Assembly: GCA_945827805.1 (NCBI GenBank)
Contig: CALZOU010000001.1
Span: forward strand, 881 to 64,880
From: an uncultured Lachnospiraceae bacterium
Lineage (GTDB): Bacteria > Bacillota > Clostridia > Lachnospirales > Lachnospiraceae
Direction: 5' to 3'
Length of the DNA: 64,000 nucleotides
The notes beneath the pieces are model-generated. The model saw only the letters and a program-made list of their open reading frames with translations. It made no database searches and had not been told where the DNA came from. This document shows, in pieces, positions 18,626 through 28,147 of this stretch (position 1 is its first letter; every line of letters begins with the position of its first letter). The translations under genes were made by a program, and so were the position numbers.

Positions 18626-19450
18626 TCAGGGAGCAGAAACAGTGAAAGTGATCTTTTTTATTGTGGTAAGTTCCGTCCGCGGATCCTTTACACTGTAGGT
18701 AAGAGTATATTTTCCGGACTTCATGGTATTAACCTTGCCTTTTACGGTGAGCGTCTCCTGAAGTTCCTCTTCTGTTGATACAGGCGAAGAAACTTCTACG
18801 CAGGACAATGGTTCAAAATCACTGCCAAGAGGAATCACTGCATTGTCGCTCTTGACCGATATATTGGGATAATAAGGATTCCTCTTATCCGGATCCGTAG
18901 GATCCCAGCCGGATTTGTTCTCCGTAGATATTTTAATCGGCAGATATAACGGTTTTTCCAACTGCTTTTTGTCATTGATAACGACCTTTGTTCCGATGCG
19001 ACAGTTATCGTAGATCCATTTGGCATCCGCCACCGTCAGACGAACACACCCCAAAGAGGCCTGCGAACCAAGCTTATTGTACTCCACCGTCTCCACTGTT
19101 TTGACATTTTTCTTATAATAAGGAACCGAATGAAACAGATACGACCCATTGATACGGGTAGCATACTGCCCATATACATTTCCTTTAAGATATCTCCAGC
19201 GATACTTTGCCTTTGTGTAATAAGTGCCCTTAATCGTCCGGTAATTCTTCCCAGTAGAACAATACATCGCCCGGACAACCTTCTTAGACTTCGCATCCAC
19301 CACATTGACAAGATTGGTTTTGCGATTTACGTAGATCGTATATTTCGTCGTATTCTTTTTGGCAGCCTGCACAGAATGCGGCAACAACAATCCCAAAGCA
19401 AGAACCAGAAAAAGTAAGCTGAACATAAAATATTTTTTCTTTTTCTTCAT
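18626..19450 (-). CDS. Secreted L,D-transpeptidase (YkuD domain) with a C-terminal Ig-like domain
   Basis: Signal peptide ending VQA. Catalytic block FHS......LG...S.GCVRL. Confidence 0.8.
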   Translation of the reverse strand: MKKKKKYFMFSLLFLVLALGLLLPHSVQAAKKNTTKYTIYVNRKTNLVNVVDAKSKKVVRAMYCSTGKNYRTIKGTYYTKAKYRWRYLKGNVYGQYATRINGSYLFHSVPYYKKNVKTVETVEYNKLGSQASLGCVRLTVADAKWIYDNCRIGTKVVINDKKQLEKPLYLPIKISTENKSGWDPTDPDKRNPYYPNISVKSDNAVIPLGSDFEPLSCVEVSSPVSTEEELQETLTVKGKVNTMKSGKYTLTYSVKDPRTELTTIKKITFTVSAP

Positions 19451-19767
19451 ATCTATGCCCTTCCCTTCGTAATATTGTTACACTATATCATATTCTCTCA
19501 TATATGACTACTTTTTTCTTTCCGTCAATACCTCCCAAAACAAAAAAACGTCACTGAATCACTGGCAAGCCGATAAACAGTAGCTTTCACAGGCATATTT
19601 AAAGTTTTGCTTCGCAAAAAAAGTCTGTGAATACCCTAATCACATTTTTACGCAACCATGCATCAAATATATGACAATGTAAGTACAATAACCAAAAAAC
19701 AGGCTGCAGCCGTCACTTCCACACATACAGCAGAAGCCTGACGATACGCTGCAGCCGTCACCTTCCA

Positions 19768-20406
19768 TCAAATCTTGGAATAACCAAACCCACTGACAAT
19801 ACCATCCACCTTAACACCCTTCTTACACAACGGGCAATTATGGCTGCTGTACGTCATATATCCCGGAATATCCTTTCCGGAAAAAACAGAATGGATCGGC
19901 ATATCCGCCACCTTACTGACAGCGCTGAAAATTGCCGCCACACCGGTAATATGTCCACCGTAATACAGCAAACTGTTAATCGTATTCGTCAAAGTATTTC
20001 CCGTGGTTATGGAACCGGCAAGAATCAGGATATTCTTATCACGGATCATAAACTGATTGTTATCTCTGAACACCAGCTGCCCGTTCTGGATGATCTCCGG
20101 AGATACAATATACATAGTATGATGAGCGTTCATTGAAATAACACCGCTTCTTGTGAGCTTTTCGGAAAGAAAAGAACCGATAACTTCTGTAGAATCAAGG
20201 CACACGATGGAATCGATCAGAGTAGATGAACCATAGGCAGAAGCCAGCACATCTGCAATTCTCTGTGCCTCAGAGCAGCGGGATTTATTTGTTGTCATAT
20301 CCAGATAATGTGTAACGTGAGACTGGGTCGTAACGAAATGGCCCGGAAGGATTTTCAGATGAATCTGTTCGTCTCTGTCAGAGTAAATTTTGTGCATAGC
20401 TTCCAT
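19768..20406 (-). CDS. Phosphoribosyltransferase-like protein with a degenerate PRPP loop
   Basis: Start at MEAMHK behind GGAGGG. The PRPP-loop-like segment ILILAGSITTGNT lacks the usual acidic pair. C-terminal CPLC. Confidence 0.5.
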   Translation of the reverse strand: MEAMHKIYSDRDEQIHLKILPGHFVTTQSHVTHYLDMTTNKSRCSEAQRIADVLASAYGSSTLIDSIVCLDSTEVIGSFLSEKLTRSGVISMNAHHTMYIVSPEIIQNGQLVFRDNNQFMIRDKNILILAGSITTGNTLTNTINSLLYYGGHITGVAAIFSAVSKVADMPIHSVFSGKDIPGYMTYSSHNCPLCKKGVKVDGIVSGFGYSKI

Positions 20407-20459
20407 AATGCCCTCCTTCTTGCCTTGCCCATATTGTATCGCAAAGCCTTTACTGCCAT

Positions 20460-20468
20460 TATTATACC
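20460..20468 (-). promoter_or_regulatory. Extended -10 element (TGGTATAAT) for the PRTase-like gene
   Basis: Minus-strand TGGTATAAT, 53 nt upstream of ATG 20406 and just downstream of the recG terminator. Confidence 0.5.
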
Positions 20469-20490
20469 ATCCCACTAAGCCCCTTTGCAG

Positions 20491-20523
20491 AAAAAAATAA
20501 ACTGCGATATGCTGAAATATCGC
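20491..20523 (-). terminator. recG terminator
   Basis: On the minus strand, hairpin GCGATAT / ATATCGC is followed by AGTTTATTTTTTT. Confidence 0.6.
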
Positions 20524-20632
20524 ACGAATATATAGACATATTTCACAGCTTTTTCCATATATACGTCGCTGATTTCGCCGATTTTCACAATGAAGTAATA
20601 CTACAGTTACAGTTCACGGCAACGTTGCCATA

Positions 20633-22687
20633 CTATAAAACTACATCCTGAAGCTTCTTCGTCATGAATCCATGTACACGTTCGGCCAGCAAAGAATGTT
20701 CTTCTTTCTTTAGATCAGGATCACCCTGTAATAGTTCTGCCGCATCTGCTGCTGCTTCCTTTAGCAGCTGCGCATCCCTGTAAATATCTCCGATGGAAAA
20801 ATCCAGCATTCCGCTCTGACGAATCCCGAAAAAATCACCGGGACCGCGAAGCTTCATGTCCTCATCAGCAATCACAAAGCCGTCATTTGTCTTGTTAAGG
20901 ATATCCAGTCGCCTAGCGGTTTCCTCCTTATCATCCTGACTGATAAAAATACAGTAGGATTGATCCTTCCCCCGGCCGACACGGCCTCTGAGCTGATGAA
21001 GCTGTGCAAGGCCGAAACGTTCCGCGTTTTCTACCATCATAACCGTGGCATTCGGCACATTGACCCCCACCTCTACGACTGTGGTGGATACCAGTACCTG
21101 TATGTTTCCCGAAGCAAAATCAGCCATCACCGCGTCTTTGTCGGCTGGCCGCATCTGTCCGTGCAGAAGTCCAACCTTATGGTCATGAAAAATTTTCTCG
21201 CAGGACGATGCATAATCGACTACATTCTCCGCTTCTATCTCCTCACTTGCTTCCACCATTGGGCAGATAATATACGCCTGATGGCCTGCCTGGAGTTCTT
21301 TTTCAATAAAACGGTATGCCGTCTGACGATACGATGTGTTCACAACGCAGTTCTTGATTGGAAGTCGTTTTGCCGGTTTTTCGTCTACTACGGAAATATC
21401 CAGATCACCATAGAGGATCATGGCCAGCGTACGGGGGATCGGTGTGGCGCTCATCACCGCTATATTCGGCTTATATCCTTTTGACGACAATGCTTCCCTC
21501 TGTCTTACGCCAAACCGATGCTGTTCGTCTGTGATCACCAGTCCGAGACTCTTATACTCTACAGAATCCTGGATCAATGCATGGGTACCAACGGCAAATG
21601 AGGCCGTGCCAAGAAGCAAAGCTTCTTTTGCAGATCTTTTCTCCCTTGCGCTGCAGGATCCGGTCAGTAAAACCACTCGATTTTTGTCTATTCCATTCTC
21701 TTCCAGAAGATGACACATGTCCTCAAAATGCTGACGGGCCAGAACTTCTGTGGGAGCCATAAGCGCACTCTGATACCCGTTTTCCGCTGCCATGATCATG
21801 GCAAGAAAAGCAAGTATGGTCTTACCACTGCCCACATCTCCCTGAATCAGTCGGTTCATCAGACGATCCGAAGCCAGATCCTTTTCCATTTCGTTCCACA
21901 CCCGTAACTGCGCATTGGTAAGTCGGTACGGAAGAGAATCCATAACTTCCTCCGTCTTCCATCCGGCTTTCATGGGATAATGGTTTACCGTATCCTCCTG
22001 GCCGTTTTTCAGCTTCTGCATACAGAGAATAAACAGAAAAAATTCTTCATAAGCAAGCCTCTGTCTGGCCTGCAAAAACACCTGCTGATTCTTTGGAAAA
22101 TGTACATCCTCCATCGCCCTTCTAAGCGAAACAAAGCCGTGTTTTTGCTTTATCTCTTCCGGCATCCAGTCTGTAAGCACAGTCTGATCCAGCGCGCTTC
22201 GCACCATCTTTGCTACAATTTTGTTGGAGAGACCGGCGGTCAGACTGTACATCGGCTGCATAGTCTCACAGACCTCATCATATTTTCGGAGAGTAAAAAT
22301 CTCAGGCTGTTCCATGGTCAGCCGGTTATTCTTCATCACCACCCGGCCCCGGAACACAAAAATCGCTCCTCTCTTAAGCGTCGAACGAAGAAAAGGCATA
22401 TTAAACCAGGTCAGCGTAAGCCTCCCCGTCACATCCTGGACTGTAGTCGTCAGCACCGTCAGCTTCTTCACCGCCCGCATCTCCACCGGGTTAGTGATCA
22501 CCGCCTGCACAGCCGCCTTCTGCCCCACCTTACAGGCCGACACCGACACCGGCCTCTCATACACATCATACTCCCTGGGAAAATCTCGCAAAAGATCCCC
22601 CACAGTCCGAAGCCCCAGCTTCCCAAACAACTTATCCGTCTTCTCCCCCACGCCCTTCAACGAACGCAGCGGCTCCCTCTCATCCAT
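20633..22687 (-). CDS. recG: ATP-dependent DNA helicase RecG
   Basis: Wedge domain plus SF2 helicase motifs GDVGSGKT, DEQHRFGV, SATPIPRT and QLHQLRGRVGRG. Start at MDEREPL behind GGGAG. Confidence 0.95.
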   Translation of the reverse strand: MDEREPLRSLKGVGEKTDKLFGKLGLRTVGDLLRDFPREYDVYERPVSVSACKVGQKAAVQAVITNPVEMRAVKKLTVLTTTVQDVTGRLTLTWFNMPFLRSTLKRGAIFVFRGRVVMKNNRLTMEQPEIFTLRKYDEVCETMQPMYSLTAGLSNKIVAKMVRSALDQTVLTDWMPEEIKQKHGFVSLRRAMEDVHFPKNQQVFLQARQRLAYEEFFLFILCMQKLKNGQEDTVNHYPMKAGWKTEEVMDSLPYRLTNAQLRVWNEMEKDLASDRLMNRLIQGDVGSGKTILAFLAMIMAAENGYQSALMAPTEVLARQHFEDMCHLLEENGIDKNRVVLLTGSCSAREKRSAKEALLLGTASFAVGTHALIQDSVEYKSLGLVITDEQHRFGVRQREALSSKGYKPNIAVMSATPIPRTLAMILYGDLDISVVDEKPAKRLPIKNCVVNTSYRQTAYRFIEKELQAGHQAYIICPMVEASEEIEAENVVDYASSCEKIFHDHKVGLLHGQMRPADKDAVMADFASGNIQVLVSTTVVEVGVNVPNATVMMVENAERFGLAQLHQLRGRVGRGKDQSYCIFISQDDKEETARRLDILNKTNDGFVIADEDMKLRGPGDFFGIRQSGMLDFSIGDIYRDAQLLKEAAADAAELLQGDPDLKKEEHSLLAERVHGFMTKKLQDVVL

Positions 22688-22908
22688 ACACCCTACTCCC
22701 AACAAAATACTCTCAATAAAGTAAATAGCTGTCTGCGTCCTCCGACCGGCATATAATTATATAATATCAAGCGACTTTAACGAGCACGACTCCGAGACTA
22801 CAGGCTCGGAGCGAGCGCAGTAGGAGCGCGGAAACTATATATAGGATCCGGACCGGGCTGCCTGACGGACGGCCACGGCGCTTTCACCATCTAATATTTC
22901 AATCTTTT

Positions 22909-24102
22909 TTATTCAGCCATAAGATTCCTCTGCATCCCCAGCTTATGCTTCTCCACATAACCGGTAAGCATCAGTGTCAGCGCACCGTCACCGGTAACAT
23001 TGCAGGCCGTACCAAAGCTGTCCTGCAGAGCAAAGATGGTCAGCATCAGGGCCGTACCGCTCTCGTCGAAGCCGAGAACACCGGTGATCAGACCCAGAGA
23101 AGCCATAACCGTACCGCCCGGAACACCCGGAGCACCGATGGCAAAAATACCCAGAAGCAGGCAGAACAGGATCATCTGTCCCACAGACGGGATATGACCA
23201 TACAGGATCTTGGATACGATCATAACGAAGAATACCTCTGTAAGTACAGAACCGCACAGATGAATATTGGCAAACAGCGGAATACCAAAGTCCACCATAT
23301 CATCTCTCAGTGTAGGCTCAGATTTCTTTGCGCACTGAAGAGCAACTGCCAGTGTCGCTGCAGATGACATTGTACCAACAGCCGTCAGATAGGCAGAGCC
23401 ATAATTTCTGATCACATTTAGCGGATTCTTTCCGGCATAAATACCGGCAATACCATACAGCAGAGCCAGCCAGATATAATGACCGATCATAACGATCACT
23501 ACCACCAGAATAAATATCGGCAGCTGTTTCGTGATAGTGCCCTCATAGGACAGACAGCAGAACGTGAAGCCGATAAAGATGGGCAGCAGCGGAATAACGA
23601 TCTTGGTTACGATCTCCAGAACGATCTTCTGGAACTCGTCCAGAACCTCCGTGATCACTTTTGCCTTAGTCCAGGTAGCAGCCAGACCCAGCAGCATGGA
23701 GAATACCAGTGCACTCATTACCGGCATGATCTGCGGAATATTCAGCTGGAATACCACTTCAGGCAGTTCTTTCAGTCCCTCTACCTCAGAAACGATAGAA
23801 ATATGCGGGATCAGAATGTAACCGCTGGCACAGGCAAAGAATGCTGCACCGATGGAAGAAACATAGGCAATAGAAACAGCGATTCCCAGCAGACGGGATG
23901 CATTGTTGCCCAGTTTCGTAATGGAGGGAGCAATAAATCCGATGATGATCAGCGGAACGCAGAATACGATCAGCTGATTCAAAACGTACTTAACAGTAAC
24001 GACAAAGTTCATCGCTACTTCCGGAAGATACTGTCCCAGAATGATACCGAGGGCGGCACAGATCAGAAGCCGCATCGGCAGACTGCTTAGAAATTTTTTC
24101 AT
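22909..24102 (-). CDS. Dicarboxylate/amino acid:cation symporter (DAACS family)
   Basis: Polytopic protein with SSAATL, a GAPG.PGG hairpin motif and a D..GTA.NVTGD motif. Start at MKKFLSS. Confidence 0.85.
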   Translation of the reverse strand: MKKFLSSLPMRLLICAALGIILGQYLPEVAMNFVVTVKYVLNQLIVFCVPLIIIGFIAPSITKLGNNASRLLGIAVSIAYVSSIGAAFFACASGYILIPHISIVSEVEGLKELPEVVFQLNIPQIMPVMSALVFSMLLGLAATWTKAKVITEVLDEFQKIVLEIVTKIVIPLLPIFIGFTFCCLSYEGTITKQLPIFILVVVIVMIGHYIWLALLYGIAGIYAGKNPLNVIRNYGSAYLTAVGTMSSAATLAVALQCAKKSEPTLRDDMVDFGIPLFANIHLCGSVLTEVFFVMIVSKILYGHIPSVGQMILFCLLLGIFAIGAPGVPGGTVMASLGLITGVLGFDESGTALMLTIFALQDSFGTACNVTGDGALTLMLTGYVEKHKLGMQRNLMAE

Positions 24103-24210
24103 AGTTCTCTTTTCCTCTCTTTTGTGCAATACAGGTATTCTACCATGTCCGGAAAAAATAATCTACGAAATCTGCGAAATATTGCAAAAATGTGAATTAT
24201 TGATTCATCC

Positions 24211-25161
24211 TTATTTTACGGTTCTGTCTTCTGCCTTATGGTTATATGTTCTGACAATATCGCAGGATGCGGCAAAATCTGTCTTCTCCTCATCCGTCAG
24301 CGGCAGTTCCAGGATCATCTCCACACCATCTTTTCCGATGATGGCAGGTACACCCACCATCAGACCCTCCTGTCCATACTCCCCCTCCAAAAGAGCAGAT
24401 ACCGGAAATACCCGATGCTCATCATAGAGAACCGCCTTACACAGATCTGCCAGTGCAGTACCGATACCAAATTCTGTAGAACCTTTGCCGATCACGATCT
24501 CCATGCCGATTTGATGTGTGCGCTCCTCCAGAACTTCCCGTGTAATACTGCCAAAACGTTCCGGACACACCTTTTGCAGCCGCTTAAGACTCTCGCCGCC
24601 GATACGAATCTGAGATACAGGCACGATGGAAGAATCTCCATGTTCACCCATGGCATAGCAGGTGATGCTTTTCATATCCACTGACGCCATCTCACTGATG
24701 GTCCGGCGAAGTCTTGCCGTATCCAGCGATGTTCCGGTGCCAAAGATTTTCTGGGCCGGATACTCATAGTGTACACGGAAATAATTTGCCACCACATCAC
24801 AGGGATTGGAAATGGAAATAATAATGCCGTGAAAACGTGTCTTTTTCATCTGCGCAATGACCTGATCCATAATATCGATGGTCACATCCAGAAGATCCAG
24901 CCTGGTCTGCCCCGGCTTGCGGGAAACGCCTACCGCATTGACCAGAATATCGGCATCATCCATATCACTATAGCTTCCCGCCCGGACTTTCGTCTGTCTC
25001 GGCATAAAGGCGGTGGCATCCGCCACATCCTTTGCCTGTGATGCTGCTTTTTCTTCCAGAATATCGATCAGTACGACCTCTTCGCATATGCTGCTGGCTG
25101 CCAGCTGCAGGGCACATACTGATCCCACATGGCCGGCACCGAGAATTACGATTTTACTCAT
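24211..25161 (-). CDS. ldh: L-lactate/L-2-hydroxyacid dehydrogenase
   Basis: GAGHVG Rossmann motif, the GTSLDTARLR substrate arginine and the GEHGDS catalytic histidine block. Confidence 0.85.
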   Translation of the reverse strand: MSKIVILGAGHVGSVCALQLAASSICEEVVLIDILEEKAASQAKDVADATAFMPRQTKVRAGSYSDMDDADILVNAVGVSRKPGQTRLDLLDVTIDIMDQVIAQMKKTRFHGIIISISNPCDVVANYFRVHYEYPAQKIFGTGTSLDTARLRRTISEMASVDMKSITCYAMGEHGDSSIVPVSQIRIGGESLKRLQKVCPERFGSITREVLEERTHQIGMEIVIGKGSTEFGIGTALADLCKAVLYDEHRVFPVSALLEGEYGQEGLMVGVPAIIGKDGVEMILELPLTDEEKTDFAASCDIVRTYNHKAEDRTVK

Positions 25162-25341
25162 TTTTTGACAACCTCTTTTCTTTTTATTAGGCGCTCGTGG
25201 AATACAAATTGTATTGACAAGCTAATTTGATAATATCTTCTGATGTCTATAACATCTTTCTGCACACTATGATGCTGTGGTATAATAGTCCTCAAATACG
25301 AAATCCTATCTATAGATACAATATACCACAGGAGGATCACT

Positions 25342-26073
25342 ATGGAACATACATTTCAGGGAAAAACTGCGCTGATCACCGGTGCCGGAAGCGGTATCGG
25401 GCGGGCCATTGCCCTTAAATTTTCCGGATACGGTATCCGCCCTCTTCTGGTGGGCCGTAAAAAAGAACGATTGCTGGAGACTGCCGAGCTGATTCAGAAG
25501 CAGGGCGGTGAAGCCTTTGTTTTCGCCGGTGACATCACCGATACAGAATTTCTCCGGGCCTGCGTGGAAGAAGCCATCCACCGCACCGGCCAGCTGGATG
25601 TGCTGGTCAATAATGCCGGAATGGCTCTGAACTGTCCTTTTGAAAAAGTCACTGAGAAAGAATACGATGCGATTTTTGCGCTGAACGCCCGGGCGCCTTT
25701 CTTTCTCTGTCAGGAAGCTCTGCCCTGGCTTCGCCGGTCAGACTGTGCCACCATCCTGAATATTGCTTCTGTCACCGGACACAAAGGTTATGTGCAGCAA
25801 AGTGCTTACACTGCATCCAAACATGCGCTGGTCGGTTTTTCCAAAACACTGGCAGCAGAGCTTTACAAAGAAAATATCCGCGTCCATGTCATCAGCCCCG
25901 GCGGGGTATATACTGACATGGTAGCTGTGGCCCGGCCGGATCTTTCCCCGGAGGGCATGATCCTGGCGGAGGATATTGCGGATATCGCCGCTTTTTATCT
26001 GGAGCATCGTTTCACCAATGCTGTGGTAGACGAGATCTGTGTTCACCGCGTGGGTAAAACACCGTTTCTGTAA
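25342..26073 (+). CDS. Short-chain dehydrogenase/reductase (SDR)
   Basis: TGAGSGIG, NNAG and YTASK motifs. RBS AGGAGG. Confidence 0.85.
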   Translation: MEHTFQGKTALITGAGSGIGRAIALKFSGYGIRPLLVGRKKERLLETAELIQKQGGEAFVFAGDITDTEFLRACVEEAIHRTGQLDVLVNNAGMALNCPFEKVTEKEYDAIFALNARAPFFLCQEALPWLRRSDCATILNIASVTGHKGYVQQSAYTASKHALVGFSKTLAAELYKENIRVHVISPGGVYTDMVAVARPDLSPEGMILAEDIADIAAFYLEHRFTNAVVDEICVHRVGKTPFL

Positions 26074-26142
26074 CGTTCTTCTCTCATTCTACAATGTCCT
26101 GAAGAAGAACACAATGTGAAATTGAAGTCTCTCCCAGACAGT

Positions 26143-26170
26143 AAAAACGGCCCCTGAAAGGACCGTTTTT
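26143..26170. terminator. Bidirectional terminator between the SDR and flavodiiron genes
   Basis: AAAAACGGCCCCTGAAAGGACCGTTTTT: a 7-bp stem with one mismatch, an A-run and a T-run. Confidence 0.6.
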
Positions 26171-26222
26171 GCTGCATTCTTCTTTACTGCATTTTTCTTT
26201 ATAGCTCTATTGAGCTATTCCA

Positions 26223-28013
26223 TCATTTCAGCGGTTCAAAATCCTCCACCCCATGCTTGCACAGCGGGCAGATGTAGTCCTCCGGAAGGGTATCTCCCTC
26301 GTAGATGTAACCGCACACCTTGCAGACAAAGCCTTTCTTTCCTTCTGTCTTCGGCTTCGGCTTCACATTCTGCTGATAATAAGTGTAGGTCATGGTATCC
26401 CGGTCGGACATGGTGCGGGATTCACGGACTTCACAGATAAACATGCCGTGACTTCCCAGATCCACATACTGTACTACTTCCAGAGACAGCATGGCATTGA
26501 TGTAGTTCGGCAGGAACACAAGGCCGTTTTCACTGCGGCATACTTTCTGACCGGCAAATTTATCCACGTTGCGTCCGCTCTGCATACCAAAGGTCTTGAA
26601 TACAGAGAACGGCGCGTCCACGGACAGGCAGTTCACATTGAGCTTTCCTGTCTTTTTCACAATTTCATGGGAATAGTTGGCTTTATTGATGTTAACAGCT
26701 ATGCGCACCGGATTCTCTGCCACCTGGCTTACGGTATTGACGATCAGGCCGTTATCCTTGCCGTCATCGTGGGTAGTTACCACATACAGGCCGTAACCCA
26801 GCTTGAACAGTGCGGTGGTATCCTGTTTATTGGCCAGTGCGTCATCCTGCGCCACATATTCACGACACATTTCATCCGCCATAGCCTGCATCTCTTCGAT
26901 ATTTTTCTCCTTCATGGCAGACATGATGGACACAGTCTTGCTGCACCAGATGATTTTTTCACTGTCTTTGAAGGCTTCCTTCATGATCTTGGCTGCCTGG
27001 GGAGCCCAGGAACCGTTCTCCACCAGACCGATGGTGCGGTTCTGATAATTTCTTTCTGTCAGATGGCTGATAAAATCTCTCATGAAGGGGAAGATCTCTC
27101 CATTATAAGTGGTTGTAGCCAGGATCAGCTTGCTGTAGCGGAAGGCATCGGCAACGCACACGGACATATCATCTCTGGCCAGATCGTGAACGATGACCTT
27201 CGGACAGCCTCTCTGAAACAGCATGGTGGCCAGCTTCTCTACAGCCTGTTTCGTATGACCGTATACGGAAGTATAGGCGATCATGATGCCCTCTTCCTCC
27301 GGACGGTAGGAGGACCAGGTATCGTACAGACCGATATAATGGCCCAGATCAGTGGTCAGCACCGGTCCGTGCAGCGGACAGATCACCTGGATATCGAGAC
27401 CACCGGCCACAGCCAGCAGATCCTGTACCGGTTTGCCGTACTTACCTACGATACCGATAAAATACCGTCTGGCTTCATCATCCCAGGGCTCATCCACATC
27501 CAGCGCACCAAATTTACCGAAACCGTCCGCGGAAAACAGCACTTTATCTGTACTGTCATAAGTCACCATAACCTCCGGCCAGTGTACCATGGGTGCAAAC
27601 ACAAAGGTCAGCTCGTGGCGTCCCAGTTTCAGTGTCTCGCCATTATCCACAACTTTTTTGCGGCCGCTTAAATCAATGTCAAAATAGTTCTCGATCATGC
27701 CAAAGATCTGAGCATTGGCCACGATGGTAGCCTGAGGATAACGCTCGGCAAAATTCTGGATATTTGCGGAGTGATCCGGCTCCATATGCTGAACGATCAG
27801 ATAATCCGGCTGACGTCCATTCAGCGCTTTGTCCATATTGGCAAACCACTGCTCTGTAAAATGGATATCTACGGTATCCATGACCGCAGTCTGCTCATCC
27901 ATGATCAGATAGGAATTGTAGGACATACCGTTCGGCACCTTATACTGTCCTTCAAACAGGTCTACCTGATGGTCATTGACACCGATGTAGGTGATCGCGT
28001 CTGTTACTCTCAT
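26223..28013 (-). CDS. Four-domain flavodiiron protein (diiron MBL fold + flavodoxin + flavin-reductase-like + rubredoxin)
   Basis: HMEPDH diiron ligands, a flavodoxin-like middle region, the split-barrel FMN segment YVVTTHDDGKDNGLIVNTVSQV, and the C-terminal CKVCGYIY...CPLCKHG. Confidence 0.85.
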   Translation of the reverse strand: MRVTDAITYIGVNDHQVDLFEGQYKVPNGMSYNSYLIMDEQTAVMDTVDIHFTEQWFANMDKALNGRQPDYLIVQHMEPDHSANIQNFAERYPQATIVANAQIFGMIENYFDIDLSGRKKVVDNGETLKLGRHELTFVFAPMVHWPEVMVTYDSTDKVLFSADGFGKFGALDVDEPWDDEARRYFIGIVGKYGKPVQDLLAVAGGLDIQVICPLHGPVLTTDLGHYIGLYDTWSSYRPEEEGIMIAYTSVYGHTKQAVEKLATMLFQRGCPKVIVHDLARDDMSVCVADAFRYSKLILATTTYNGEIFPFMRDFISHLTERNYQNRTIGLVENGSWAPQAAKIMKEAFKDSEKIIWCSKTVSIMSAMKEKNIEEMQAMADEMCREYVAQDDALANKQDTTALFKLGYGLYVVTTHDDGKDNGLIVNTVSQVAENPVRIAVNINKANYSHEIVKKTGKLNVNCLSVDAPFSVFKTFGMQSGRNVDKFAGQKVCRSENGLVFLPNYINAMLSLEVVQYVDLGSHGMFICEVRESRTMSDRDTMTYTYYQQNVKPKPKTEGKKGFVCKVCGYIYEGDTLPEDYICPLCKHGVEDFEPLK

Positions 28014-28082
28014 GATGTTCCTCCTGTATAGTTATAAAATTGCTTGTTTCTGTCCAATATCTTCGCAGTTACATGATTGATC

Positions 28083-28109
28083 GTATCTGTTCAGTACCTT
28101 CACACATAC
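28083..28109 (-). repeat. Leader palindrome family, copy a
   Basis: Sense strand GTATGTGTGAAGGTACTGAACAGATAC, 69 nt upstream of the flavodiiron ATG. Confidence 0.8.
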
Positions 28110-28147
28110 AATTCGCAACTCATGAAAATCGGCTATACCGATAAAAA

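Noticed and set aside
21980-22756. 258-aa and 167-aa plus-strand ORFs rich in H/R/P/L
   Set aside because: Both are antisense to recG. Their composition is typical of non-coding frames.
26253-27671. 472-aa plus-strand ORF
   Set aside because: It lies entirely antisense to the flavodiiron gene, which has clear catalytic motifs. Its translation is low-complexity with no motifs. I treat it as a shadow ORF.
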